From assembly GCA_965202585.1 (NCBI GenBank), contig OZ241826.1:21390001-21454000 (forward strand): 64,000 nucleotides of DNA, in the 5' to 3' direction. Source of the stretch: Thalia democratica (lineage: Eukaryota). This document shows, piece by piece, positions 11,473-24,100 of this stretch. Within the stretch, counting starts at the first letter, position 1. Each line of letters starts with the position of its first letter. Made by a program: the position numbers and the translations under genes. Below the pieces are notes generated by a model, which saw only the letters and a list, made by a program, of their open reading frames with translations, had not been told where the DNA came from and ran no database searches.

Positions 11473-12616
11473 ATTATCAAAATTATAAAGTAAAGCATAA
11501 AAATTTTAAAAATACTTTGTTATAGTCTAATTTAGATTTTTAAGTTTACTAATGTAAATGTAAATAGTGCTGCAAATCAGGTCCGTAAAGATTTACTTTT
11601 AGCAAATTGGTCAGTACCAGTTAAGACTTCTTTTTTAGCTATATTATTATATATAGTCTTTTTTTAAGTAACTAACAAAACTTTGATAATTAATAACGAA
11701 AATATAAAGAGGATAAATAAATTTAAAACAAAAACTAAAATTCACAAAAACATTATATTAAGTTATATTAAGGTAATTTAACTTTTTTTAATTATTACAT
11801 TATTTGTTATATATATATTTTTTTTTTGGTTTTTAGGAGTTTTATAATTGTAACCATAACAACATTGTTCTATTACTACTACTATATAAAATTGTTAGTA
11901 TTAAAATAACTATAATATGATAATAATATTATAGCCTGTTTTAATATATGCTGATGTCATATTAATGTTAGATTTTTTTTAAGCTCTTTCTGTTTTTATT
12001 ACCTCTAATAGTTTAATTTTTATAGTCTTTAAAGACGGTTTTAGTATGTTTAAAATGTTAATACAAACTTTGTTTCATTAAATTAGTTAATATAAAGTAT
12101 GATTAAACTTACATTTTAAAGAATATTGTTATTAAAACGTTAGAAAATTAGTTTTTATTGATAGACTAATAAAAGTTATGTTTATTATTTCCAGACAAAG
12201 TTTATTTTTAGCATATTAATATAGATTTTCTATATACTAATACAGATTTTTAAAGCTTCTTGAACTTAAAAAAAGACATAATGAAGGTCATATGTAAAAG
12301 TTAATTTAAAGTCATAAAAAGTCATGTAAAGTAATTTCAAAAATTATTTTTCAGCTTAGGTAGGTATAATTTATTAAATGGTCAAACTTTGTAAAAATAA
12401 TTAAGATTGAATATAAAGTAATATATTAGTAGTATTACGTTAAAAATTTTAAGTTAAGTATAAATTATAAAACTAATTTAAAAAACAATTTGGAAAATTT
12501 CTACTAAATCAACGCAAGATTAACAGGCAACTAAAAGATTAAGAATTTAGAAAAAAAGAACAACGAATTTATGGCTGTTTTTGCGCGTTCAGCACGCTTT
12601 TATTATTTTGCGCTTT

Positions 12617-13468
12617 CTAATACTCGTACTCTGGGTACTCCTCGTGGCGCCTCCTCTTGCTCGAGCGCCTCCTGCTGGCCGACCTCCTCCTCCTGCCCTG
12701 GCTGGGCGACGGGATCTGCTCGTAGTAGGTCTCAAAGTCGGGCCCGAACTGCTTCACGTCCTGGTACCTCCGCTGCAGGTTGATGTGGGCCGCCCACTCC
12801 CGCCTCCACGGCCTGATGTTGCCCTCGAGGTACTCCTCGATGAAGCCGAACGTCTGGCACACAAAGTTCCTCTGGTCCTCGTCCTCCGGCTCCTCCTCCG
12901 GGATGTCGTGCCAGATCCTCTTCCTGGCCTCCACCCACGTGTCGGTGATCCTGTTGGCGGTGCGCCTCAGCCCCTTCAGCTCCTCGGTGCTGCCCTCGTT
13001 CTCCGGGTAGGTCGCGGCGAACATCCACGCCTCGTTGAAGTAGCTGTCCAGGATGCCGATCTCGTCTCTGATCTCGGCGATCGTCTTCCTCAACACGGGC
13101 ACTTCCTGGCCGGCCGGCGCCACGTCCCTGCCGGTCACCTTCAGGTACAGCTGGAAGACGGCCTGGCTGAACTCGGGCAGGTGCTCCAGGTTCCACTCCT
13201 CGCCGGTGGTGGCCAATATGTCGGCCTGCTTGGCGCGGTACTGGTCCATGTCGTCGCGGAGGGTGGCGATCCGCCTCTGCACCTCGCCCTGCTCCTGCCC
13301 GCTGTAGATGTACGCGTTGTTGCGGATCTGGCAGCCGACGAACGCCTGGTTGGCCTGCGCGAAGTTGATCCACCGCTGGTCGTTGTCGATGGTCTCGGAC
13401 CGGTACATCATGCGCTTCCACGGTCCCTCGCGGATCCTGATCTGCTCGACCGGGTTGATTTGCGGCAT
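12617..13468 (-). CDS. Intronless protein of unknown function (283 aa) with Arg/Ser-rich C-terminal tail
   Basis: Extreme GC3 bias, ATG context CAAAG-ATG, AATAAA 12 nt after the stop. Paralogous to 3661-5100. Confidence 0.88.
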   Translation of the reverse strand: MPQINPVEQIRIREGPWKRMMYRSETIDNDQRWINFAQANQAFVGCQIRNNAYIYSGQEQGEVQRRIATLRDDMDQYRAKQADILATTGEEWNLEHLPEFSQAVFQLYLKVTGRDVAPAGQEVPVLRKTIAEIRDEIGILDSYFNEAWMFAATYPENEGSTEELKGLRRTANRITDTWVEARKRIWHDIPEEEPEDEDQRNFVCQTFGFIEEYLEGNIRPWRREWAAHINLQRRYQDVKQFGPDFETYYEQIPSPSQGRRRRSASRRRSSKRRRHEEYPEYEY

Positions 13469-13561
13469 CTTTGCTGTTTTTTTTTGTTTGCTTTTCGGCT
13501 TGCAAGCTAGCGAACTGCTGGCTGTTTTCCGCTTCCCGCCGCGTTTTGAAGCGAAATTTGA

Positions 13562-13592
13562 TGCCTCTTCGAAACGGTGGACCTACGTCACA
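13562..13592 (-). promoter_or_regulatory. Upstream module shared by the two paralogs (copy 2)
   Basis: Plus strand reads TGCCTCTTCGAA-N11-ACGTCACA. The first block matches 5162-5173 at 11/12 positions. Confidence 0.6.
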
Positions 13593-16500
13593 ATAGTCTG
13601 AAATTTTGAAAATTTAGTGATTTTGTGATTTTTGTGCCAAAATTTTGTCAGCTATTGCAATTCCATACATTAAAAATTTAAGAGATTTGTTTTAATAATA
13701 AGATTTGTTTTGTATTTTTTATGTTGAACTTTTATCTTTATTTTGTTGTTAGCGTTTTATTAAAACAGCTGTGATTGAGATGCACTACTTTATTAATTTA
13801 TCTGCTCGAAAAGAATAATGAAAAGTAAAATCGGCAATTTATGTTTAAATTTGAGGACGATTTTGAGTTTGCTTTGTTCAACCACAAGTTCAAAAAAACT
13901 CAAAAGTGGCTCATACAGCTTAAACTCAAAGATTACATTTTCAATGATATACCACTAAACAAAAGTAAATGAATACAAGTATATGTTTTTAGCACTAAAC
14001 TGTTATCTAAACAGATTTAAACATGTTTGTAGAAAAAAGTTTATATAACTTATCACTTAGGAAAGTTAATTAATTAATGTTTATAAACAAGCAAATCTAG
14101 ACTTGATTGCAAAGACTAATTAACTCAACTTAAGTTTGTTCAAACTCTTATTAGTTAGTAAATTCAAACTTAAACAACGCAACTAAGTTACTAAGTATAA
14201 CATATATTGTAAGTTAAAAACAAAAGTTATTTCTTTTACAACAAACATTTTAGAAAATTAAAAAATAAGCTTTACACCCAGTTATATGGATTATTTTCAA
14301 ATAGGTATATTTGATACATAATGTATTAAATGTAGAGTATAGTTTTCTTATACTTATCAAACCTCATTTGTTACTTAACATATAATACTTAAGCGAGATA
14401 GGAAATAATTTTAAAGAAAAACTTTCATTTTTAGTGCTTTAAAATGAAAAAAGAAAAATCAAATCGTTTCGCTAAGTGTTTCAGAATATTATGTTTAGTC
14501 TTAACAATTTCTCAATCTAAAAACTTAGATCTCAAATATAAAAAAAGTTTTAATTCATAGCTCCTTATAATACTAACAGTAATAAATAAACCAAAAAAAA
14601 AGTTTAATTAAACTCCATTTTTACTTTAAACCAAAAGTTTTTTGTTTATCATGCTTTTATATTTTCAACATTCTGCAGAGTATCTATGATCTTGTTATCA
14701 TTCAACACTTTTTATCTATCGGCAATCAAATTCCTAACATATTTGACTTAAGACACGTGCTAAACTCTAGTTAAGTTTCTAAAGTAAAGTTTTATAGCCC
14801 GCAATCTCTTAAATAAATTAATAATTTTGTGTTTCTTGTCTGTCATTTTTGTGAAATAGTGTAATAATTTGCCACATTTTTACAATATATAGTTTCAACT
14901 GGTATTTTTTATAAATTGATCTTATTGAAAGCTGTAACTCTTGATAATGCTGCAACGAAACTTAATTTGTTTTCAGAAAGCATTTAGTTTGTCTTGGGAA
15001 CATGAGTCTTGGAACAGACTGAAATATCTAGAAAAATTTTGCCACTAGTTTGAGTGTTTTATATCATTTACTTGGTTTATGTATGGTTTTGTTTCAGTTC
15101 TAAAGTACTTTAAAGCATTTTGAAGTATTTTTTGCCTGAAACTTTATACACTTACCAAACATTTCAATTAAATACAGTTTTAATGGTCTTTTATAAGATA
15201 TTCAACTAAATCTAACGAGTTTTATATGTCGGCTACAGAGCCGAGGAGGTGAAGGAGTAAGAAGGTGAAAGAGAAGCAAACTGTTGAGTTATAACAACAT
15301 TAATGCGAGAAACCAAGAAAATTAACAAGAGCAGCTGTCAAGAGGTAACAGAAGGTAGTGGCGAAGCGCTGAGAGCTCCCTAAGAGGCAGAATATGTTTT
15401 GAGGAACAAGGTACAAGGACAATATATATACTACTATGGAGCTAAGGAAGTTTGTCAAGTACAAAGCTTTGGAAGTTTCTGTAAAAGCAACAAGCAATCC
15501 AAGCAAACTTTTTACAGTGATAATAATGCACGACCGAGCAATACATAACTTTTAACTGATTAAAAACGATGTAAAAATATTTTTTTTTTAAGTTGTTTTC
15601 AATTTAGTACTCAAACGTTAGTAAAGTTTGAAATTGACTTATAAAAACAGTAGTGCACAGAAATATAAAAGTTCAATTTTTATCTTAAACCAAACAATTC
15701 ATATCCGGTGTTAGGTTTGAATACTAATTATGAAACTTTTATTTACAAACATTCACGCTAGTTTAAAAGACTTGGAAAAGAATAATAAAAACTCATTAAT
15801 TTCAAAGGGTAGTAAAAGTTTGTGTTAAAAAACGAAACATTTCACAATTTGTCAACCAAAAGTTTGGTAAAAAAAGTTTAGATGCATTATAACAAACTTT
15901 TTTTGAAAATTTAAAAAAAATTTAGTTGTAAGTCATTTGTTTTAAATTAGTTCTATGTAAATTTAACAAAATAACACAAACAAACATAATTATGTTAAAA
16001 TATTTAGTCGTTTTAACTTCAAAAATTAGAAACTAGTCAAAACACACACTTTTGATTCAATTAAAGAAGTTTAATACTTTTGTTTAGAAAAAAATTTATA
16101 AAAAATAGTAATACATTAAAAATAATTCAATAAGTCCTTGACCTAATAACTATTTGTGAGATTGTATTAGTAGGAACATAGAAATAAAATTAATACTAAA
16201 TATTAAGAGGTAATTAAAAATTTGCAACTTATTTCAATTTAATTTTAGAAAGCTACATATAAAAGTATCAATGAATCATATTAGTCTTAAACTTAGCTTT
16301 TTTTATTCCATAACATTAAGCAGATTTTTTTTTATTCTAGTTTTATAGATTAAATTGTTTTACATGTAGAATTTAACAATTATTCACAAACGGTACAAAT
16401 TGACCTTGCTTGGAAAACTTTAAGCAAATTTTGCAAAATACAGAACATAAAAAAATGCTTCATATAGCGTGTGTGATTTTTTTATGTGATGAGATATAAG

Positions 16501-19184
16501 TGTTACTTATTTGATAATGAAACTAAACACAAAGCATAAGCAGTTTTAAAGAAAAATATAGTTGATGCCGTTAAAGTATTTAGACTGGTTTAAACTCGTA
16601 CGGTGTGATTTGAAATAAATTTATATAAAAAACTTACAGTTTGAATCGATCAAAATGTACTTCAAAAGTTTACTTCATATATTTTACTTTAAGCTTAAAA
16701 AGGTTATTTTTTGACTCAATTTCTATTATTAAAGTAAAAAATAAAGAAAAAAGGCTAGACACTGTTTTATTTACACAAAACCACAGTCAGAGATTATAAG
16801 TTAGTTTTATTTTAGACAGCTTAAGTGATGTGGAATTACATCATTACAAAAAGATTAGCTTTAAATTCTAATTGGTTCGAACTGGGAAAAGTTAAAAGTT
16901 CAAGGTGGCAAGATTTAAGTGAGAAAAGGTCAAATAAAGAGTAGACAGTCACATTATCGAGTATTTGATCGAAAAACTTTTGTTTCAATTTTGCAAATCA
17001 ACTTTTACGTAATAAATGCTTTTTTTTATCTTCATTTAAACTTTAGTTATTTGTAGTATTTATTAGATTTTCGAGACAAGTCACGCTTATCATTAATCAC
17101 AATAATTTTCAATATGATACAGTGCATTTTGAAGTTTTAGGCATGTTTTTATTATGTCATTTCCTGAAAAAGATTAAAAACAAAGTAAACATATTAGTTT
17201 GTTTTTTATCAAAATCAAGGCAAACTCAATAAAGCTTTTGTATTGGTTTTATACAATATGCAGCAATGTTAACCGCACCATTAATGCGTTTAAAATTACA
17301 TTTGTAAATTTCACAGCTGAGTTGCAACAACTTGTATCGATTGTAGCGAGTCATCGCTTCTCTCGCATTGAGTTCTCTCGTTTAAAAGTTGGCGGGAAAA
17401 AAGAGTACAAAACGCGTAAACAAAAATTACGCTGAAATGTCGTCGCTTCGAGTTGTGCAATGGTCTGTGTTGTTTAGCTGTTTTGTTAAATGTGAAGTTT
17501 GTTTTGTGCTTTTTGCTACATTTATTTTTGAAATGTTTAGATCTTGGCTTTTTAAAAAGTTTTTAATTTAATTTGCATAAAATATTACCGTTTGATAGTG
17601 ACTTTAAATTTATAAACAGTTTAATCAGAGTATTTAGATAAAAAAATCAATTTAAGTTTTCGTTATTTATTTATCTAGAATTAACTTTTTTTTAAGACAG
17701 ACTTATTTCATTTGACAAAAAACTTAATGTGCTACTGATAAAAGTAAATCAAGTAACAGAAAGCTAATAAGTGCGTAAAATGATGAAAAATAATTATACC
17801 ACAAGGCAAATTAAACTAAATTAGTTATTCATTTTCGGAAAATATAACTAAAATTTCAAAGATAACTTTCCTAATTACTATTAAAAAAAAAGTACACTTT
17901 GTTTGAAACATTTTAAGTTGTTTTTCAACACTCAAAAGAGAAAAAAAAAATCAGGAGCTAATCAAAACAATAAAGCTTTTCTTGATGATAATCTAAACAC
18001 CATAAACGAAACAGTTCTGATTAACTTTCTTTCTAAAATTAACACAATTTTTGTTATTTATAAACTTAAACAATTTATATTTATAAATTGCAGCTTTTAT
18101 AACTTCAAAGACTAGTACACTACTATCGTTGTTATCACAATATTAAGTTAGTTGTAATTTAAGCTATTTTATAAGAAGTATTTTATTTTAGTAGAATCCT
18201 GAAGTTATAATCTATGGCTTAGAGTACATTGCATAAAATATATTATGTGCTAACATATACTACTTATTATAATTTAAGGTGCTTGAGTCACGCAGTTTAA
18301 TCCGAGAGATTATATACTTTTATTGCGATTTGATAAACTGTACAACTTCGATTTAACATAAAAACGTTTCTTGGAAATGCTGATGGTGAAGTAAGAGTCA
18401 TAAAACCTCCAACTTGTCAATACTTTATTTACTAGCACTTAAATGAAGTATACAATGTCGTAAGGCAGCTGTCTTTCTTGAATTATTAATTATTCAAGTG
18501 CTCTAAACTAAACTGAAATAAATATTTACAAAAACCACGTTTTTTAACATAAGTTTAAAATGTAAAGTTTTCAGTAAAACTTTTATTCTATTTATTTTTA
18601 TGTTTAAAAAAAAGCACGATTGTTTTTAGGACAAATGTGAAGTAACTGTAAAAGCCAAAAATTTTTTATCATATAACTGATAGACTAATGAGTACGGTGT
18701 TAAATTACTCTGATCTTAAACTTTTAAAGCTTTAACTTAACATACAAGCTAAGAAGTGTTTTATTTATCAGTAAGAAATAAGTGATTTAAAGTAAAAGAT
18801 AAAAATTTTTACTTTTTTTTATCGTAAAAGATTTTATTTTTGGTTTTGTCTCTGTAGAGTTCTAAACAACGTTTAAACTGAATCAAAATTTCCAAATTTT
18901 CCAGAAGCACAACACAGAATATTGACTGCTGAAATATATACAGCCGATAACTGACCTTGGTTTCAAATGACTATAAAAAGCAAAAATTAAGTCGACTAGT
19001 CCGCGCTCAAAACCAGCGTTCAGCCGTTTAAACAAAAAAAACAAAATCCAAGTTCAGCAATAAAAACTAGAGTAGAAAAAAAATCGATTTTATTTATTTG
19101 AACGATCGAATCTAAGCTCGTACCAGCAAAACGGATTAAGACTGCTTCTAAACTCGGGGTTTTTTTTTCTTCAAAACAAATATC

Positions 19185-19320
19185 GTGACGTCACCATCTG
19201 TGTCGTAATCTCGGCATTGACCTTGCGTGACGTCACAGTAACGGAAAGCGTCCACGCGGGGGCGGTGTTGTTCGGTTTTGAAGTATAAATAGATGGTTCG
19301 CCGACCGAGAGACTTTTCTT
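19185..19320 (+). promoter_or_regulatory. Pol II promoter, probably of the NCKX gene
   Basis: CpG-rich island with two GTGACGTCAC CRE palindromes (19185-19194, 19227-19236), a GC box GGGGCGG (about 19258-19265) and TATAAATA (19284-19291). Confidence 0.65.
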
Positions 19321-21063
19321 GCAGAGTCGCTGGTGAAGCGAGCTGGTGGAAAATTTTAGCTTAATTTGTTTTGTTAATTTTCCGGACAGATATGTTTTAT
19401 TTCATTTTATTTAAAACTTGATACACATATATATATAGACAAATTTAAAGGTTGTGTATTAGTTTGAAGTTTAAGTTTAGATTTATACTAACAAAAAATG
19501 TTAAAATAGAGTAATAAAAAAAGTAAAGTTACACACTTTGAATATTTTATAAAATCAATTATGTACAGCTGTACTAGTGTTTTGCGTTTTAAATTTAAAA
19601 GATTATTTACTAATGTATGTTTTAATATTTTGCGTTAGAAAAAAAATTGTTTAAATACCTAGTTCGTTAGAAATTTAGTACAAAACTTAAGTTGTATTAA
19701 AAAAAATGTTAAATATCTTTCAGTACTTAAAGTAAATAATTTTAAGTCTTTTATGGGTGTGGTTTCTTGTTCAATGCTATAGATATATTTTTCATTCAAA
19801 TTTTATATTACTAACCAAACTGAATATTCAACATACTTCAAAAACCTTTTTCTGTAAGTCATTGTAAAAAAGAACATTATAGTTTTTTGTGTGATGTTTA
19901 AACATAAACTGTTTTGTGGGTTAATTGTAATACTTTTCAAATTTTATCTAATTGTTTTATTAAGCAAAGTTTTATACCAATTATCATCGTTTTATATATA
20001 AAATAAATTATTACAGAATTATGAACTTTTGGTTTAAAAAAATTAAAGTTATTTTCTATACAGAAGTACGTAAACTTGTATAAATTTTCTATTAAAGCTT
20101 TGTACGAAACTTTGAAAGCAACTTATGCTTACTGTAAAGGATAAAAACTAAGCTGATTACGGACGTTTGAATTTAAGATACAAAAGTTACTGGCAGGATC
20201 AAATCAACATAATCAATAAGTTCAAAACACTATTGATAATATCCAAAAATAAACCTTCTTATATTCTAATTTTATCACAAAGGACAAAGGTCGTTCTCAA
20301 TACTTTGACTCTTTAAAAGTTAAACTAATCAATCACTCACAATAAACAAAAGTGCTTCTCTTTCATACGCTTCGACCTTTAAAGCGAATGCGCATTGCTT
20401 CAAGAATCTAAATTAAGTTCTTAGACAATTTTCGAGCTTTGATTTTGTATTAATTTCATTAAAAACCCTGTCGCGAGGTGCCATCTCGTTTGGAAGGCAA
20501 TAAAAAAATGAAACAATGAAAGTGCTAATTATGTGTGTGTGAAGCGCAGAGAGTTTTGCTAATTGTTTAATTTATTGAATTAAAATTGACATTTGTGCAG
20601 TCTGGGTTTGATTTAAATTAATTTTATTTTAAACTGCTTGAAGTGATGTTGTTTAATCAGTGAATGAAAACTTTAGTTATTTATTGGAAAAAAAAAAATC
20701 ATAGTTTAGATAATTGTTTTGTTTGTATTACAAACTTGTATTGTTCAAAACGTAGTTTAATTTAAATTATTAAAAGCAAACGGTTTACTAATAATAACTT
20801 TAGTAATTAATTTTAGATACATATCACGCTTATTTTAGTGTAAAACTAACTACTTTATTTTAACTTTATCTAACTTAAATCAAACTTAAAACTATTTTTT
20901 AACACTATAAAATTAGATTGCTTTCAGCTAACCTACCTTTTTTTTACAGAAACACATATTTCGTTAATTTTTACTAATATGGTAGAGAAATTGAAGCTTA
21001 TACGATTCTCAAGTAAACGGAACACAGCCTAGTACATTAATTACGTCATCAAAGTTTTTCAAA

Positions 21064-21199
21064 ATGCAGAACAACACCGAAATGACAGAAGTTGTAAGCA
21101 ATATGTCCACCGTAACTGTTGCAACTTCTTTTAACAAAACCACCACTGAGGGCGGGGTTTACCCACACGATATTTTTGACCTTGAAGCGAGAAAGAATG
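21064..21199 (+). CDS. NCKX exon 1
   Basis: MQNNTEM...[17 protein letters not shown]; donor GTCAGT. The start codon is uncertain. Confidence 0.8.
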
Positions 21200-24100
21200 G
21201 TCAGTTTGAATCTAAAGTGTTTATCTAGTTATGTTAGAAACTGTTGGCTAACAAGTACAAAAAAAATGGAAAAAATATCAGTTATTTATCTTTGAGTCAT
21301 ATATTAAAATGATTGAAAAGCTTTGTAGATAATTTCATTATATAAAACACAATGATACAAAATTTTCAATAGTTTAGATAATATGGCAAATTGTTCTTTA
21401 TTGTTTATATTTAAAAAAAATTGATCAATTGTACTGGCGCTAATGATAAACAAAAAAAAATTGTTGAAAAATGAGCTATGTTTTTAACAAGCAGTTAAAA
21501 AGTGTCGTTGAATAATTCAAGCGGCATTAATAATTCAGATTGTGTGGAACGATGCAAGTACGTTTGTAACATGCAGGTATGCATGAAGAATACCACACTT
21601 ATATATATGTATATATACATAATTATATGTGTGTGACTGACATAAACATTTACTGCAATCTATGCACAGGTGTTGCTACTGACATTGTTTTGATATATTT
21701 TCAATATTCTAGCGGACAAATACAATTTATTTGTGTATTTACTAAAAAAAACTTTTAAAATTAAGCAAGTATTTCAGTATGAAATTTGATTGTCAATTTC
21801 TAATCTTCGGTTCCTTTTGTATGGGTCGGCAAGCAGTTTCTGTGTTGCTACTTGCAACTTTCCAATCTTACAAACTTTGTACAACTATTTTTTCATTTTA
21901 GTTTATGAAATTAACTCGCGTTTTTAGCTAATTTACTGTTTTTTATTAGCTTAAAAGTTTAAAACTTCTTAAACAATTTAAATAATAATTATTAAACAAA
22001 TCACTACCGAATTAACCTTTGAATTTTAGTTTCAACTGTAGTTAGATTAGTATTAAACGTTTCCTCTATTAAACAATACAAAATTTAAACAAAAACCAGC
22101 ATTTCATAGAATTTTATTTTACGGTAAATAAGCTTATGTTATACATCTATGCACAAAATAAAGCAGGTAGTTTTAAGCAAACTTTAAAAAAATCAATTTG
22201 TAAAAAAGTTTAAATCTCTTCTTGCCTTATCTAAAAGTTTCCCTCTTTTCTTAAATTTCTAACTGACAGGCATTCTATTTTTAAAGTAGACGCTACGTCA
22301 TATAAAAGACGAAGTTTTAACAAGTTAATTAGGTTCACTTTAAAATAGGTCAGGCCAAATTAGTTTATATTCATTAAGCTGACAGTGTTATTTTCATCTA
22401 AAGTTATTTTATGTTAAGTCGTGTAATACTCCGTCTAAAAGACCAATTTCAAAAACTTAGTTATGCTAAAAAATTTGCACTAAAACTTTAGAAGCATGTA
22501 TTAAGTTCGATTAAAACTTAATTTTAAAGAGTGTCGAGTCCTTTATAAGTGAAAAGAAAAAACTTCATTCGTGTTTAAACTTCATTACTGTACGTAAAAA
22601 AACTTACATATAAATAACCTAAAAATTGAATAACTTATATAATTTCAGGTGCCGTTATTCTGCACATGTTAGGAATTTTATAATTATATTTCAATATTAA
22701 GTATAAATAAGTTGCATGTTTAGTTTAAATTTGATATTTAAACATAAAAATGTTCTTAATATATACGAATAAGAATATTTTTTTTTAGGTGCCGTTATTC
22801 TTCACATGATCGGAGTTTTGTACATGTTCATCGCTCTTGCTATCATATGTGACGAGTTCTTCGTTCCTGCTTTGGAGGTGAGTTTGTTCAGAAAGCTTTA
22901 TAAGTCACTTTTTTTTTCGTAGGTAGATTTTGTTGTTATTTCAAATCTTATTGGAGTATACTTTTTTTACTATACCAAAGCATCTTTAAAAAATCGCTAT
23001 GTTTTACGTTTGTTTGTTTTTGTTTTAAACCTAAAATATACAAATAAATGTAGTTAGAAAAAATTAAATATAAAATATTTTTTTTGAATTTAGAATTCAA
23101 TGTTAAATTGTTGTACTTTATAACTTTACCTTTTTGTTTATATTTTAAGAAGGAATGTTGCGCTAGGTAAAATAAAAACTGTTTCATTCAAAACGTTGAA
23201 GCTTCTTTTATTGTGTCCAAAAATAACCATTGGTTCATTAACAAGCTGTTTTGAACTTTCCCAAAATTAAATAAACATAAAAAACAAAAAAAAACTTTTT
23301 CGACCTCACGCATTCGCATGGTATTTCAGATAAAAGTAAAATTTAAACATTAAAAGATAATTTGGTGTGCAAACGAACAAAACTTCCTACGTCATTCGAA
23401 CTAATAATTTTACTTCTCAAGCAACCACTTTCTCCACCGCCGTCCAATTTTCACTTTTTCATCAAATTTGTTTATTTTTAAACATTTGGCCCATTTCGAC
23501 TTGAAAAGTTTCCAGCGCGGCCGAAAGAGACGATTCGCACTTTCTGGCAAACACTTTGTTAATTTCAACGGTTCAAGTAACAATGAAAGTTTTGTTTCCC
23601 AAATGTCGGAGTAAAATTTTATTTTCGGAAAGCTTACTTATGCTGAAAATTTGTGTTTGAGTTGTGTTGAATTTTAGAGGAAAATTGTTTTAAGTAGTGG
23701 TTTTTGTTCCGAAATACTTTTGATTTTCTTTGTTATACTTATTAATGTTGTTTTGAAACATTTAAATTACAGTTAAGAGACTTTTGAAAAATTTGTTGGT
23801 ATGACTAGCTGGATTTGCATTCAAGTTAAAGAAAAGCATTTTAATTACTTAGACATAATAAAAATCTCTTTGTAGAGTCGTAAATTACAATTGTTAGTCC
23901 AATATTAAAATAAAATAGAATGAATAACAAGTAAACGATGTCATTTATTACATTCAAAAAAGAAAACTTTTCAGCAAGATATAGAATAAAATCTATATAT
24001 TTAATAAACTTAACCTTCGAAGTTAGGAACAGGTTTTTTTTTCATTTTTTATAATCTTATTATTTTTACAAATCGTGTACTGTAACAAATGAAAATTCTT

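Noticed and set aside
12571-13601. Overlapping ORFs (309 aa antisense, 257 aa shifted frame and others)
   Set aside because: Shadow ORFs of the 283-aa gene. The 257-aa ORF starts at TTG, not ATG.
14650-15060. Minus-strand AALSRVT resembling PIF1 helicase motif VI
   Set aside because: Spacing to the preceding motif does not fit and there are many stops.
15227-15545. Purine-rich island with TG...CA ends (solo LTR?)
   Set aside because: No 4-6 bp TSD and no similarity to the LTR at 2743-3170.
17389-17571. E2F-like TTGGCGGGAAAA and a hydrophobic ORF as a possible NCKX signal-peptide exon
   Set aside because: No convincing donor site. The hydrophobicity follows from T-richness, and it lies upstream of the better promoter.
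21661-21700. CAG|GTGTTGCTACTG as a distant exon-2 echo
   Set aside because: Similarity too weak.
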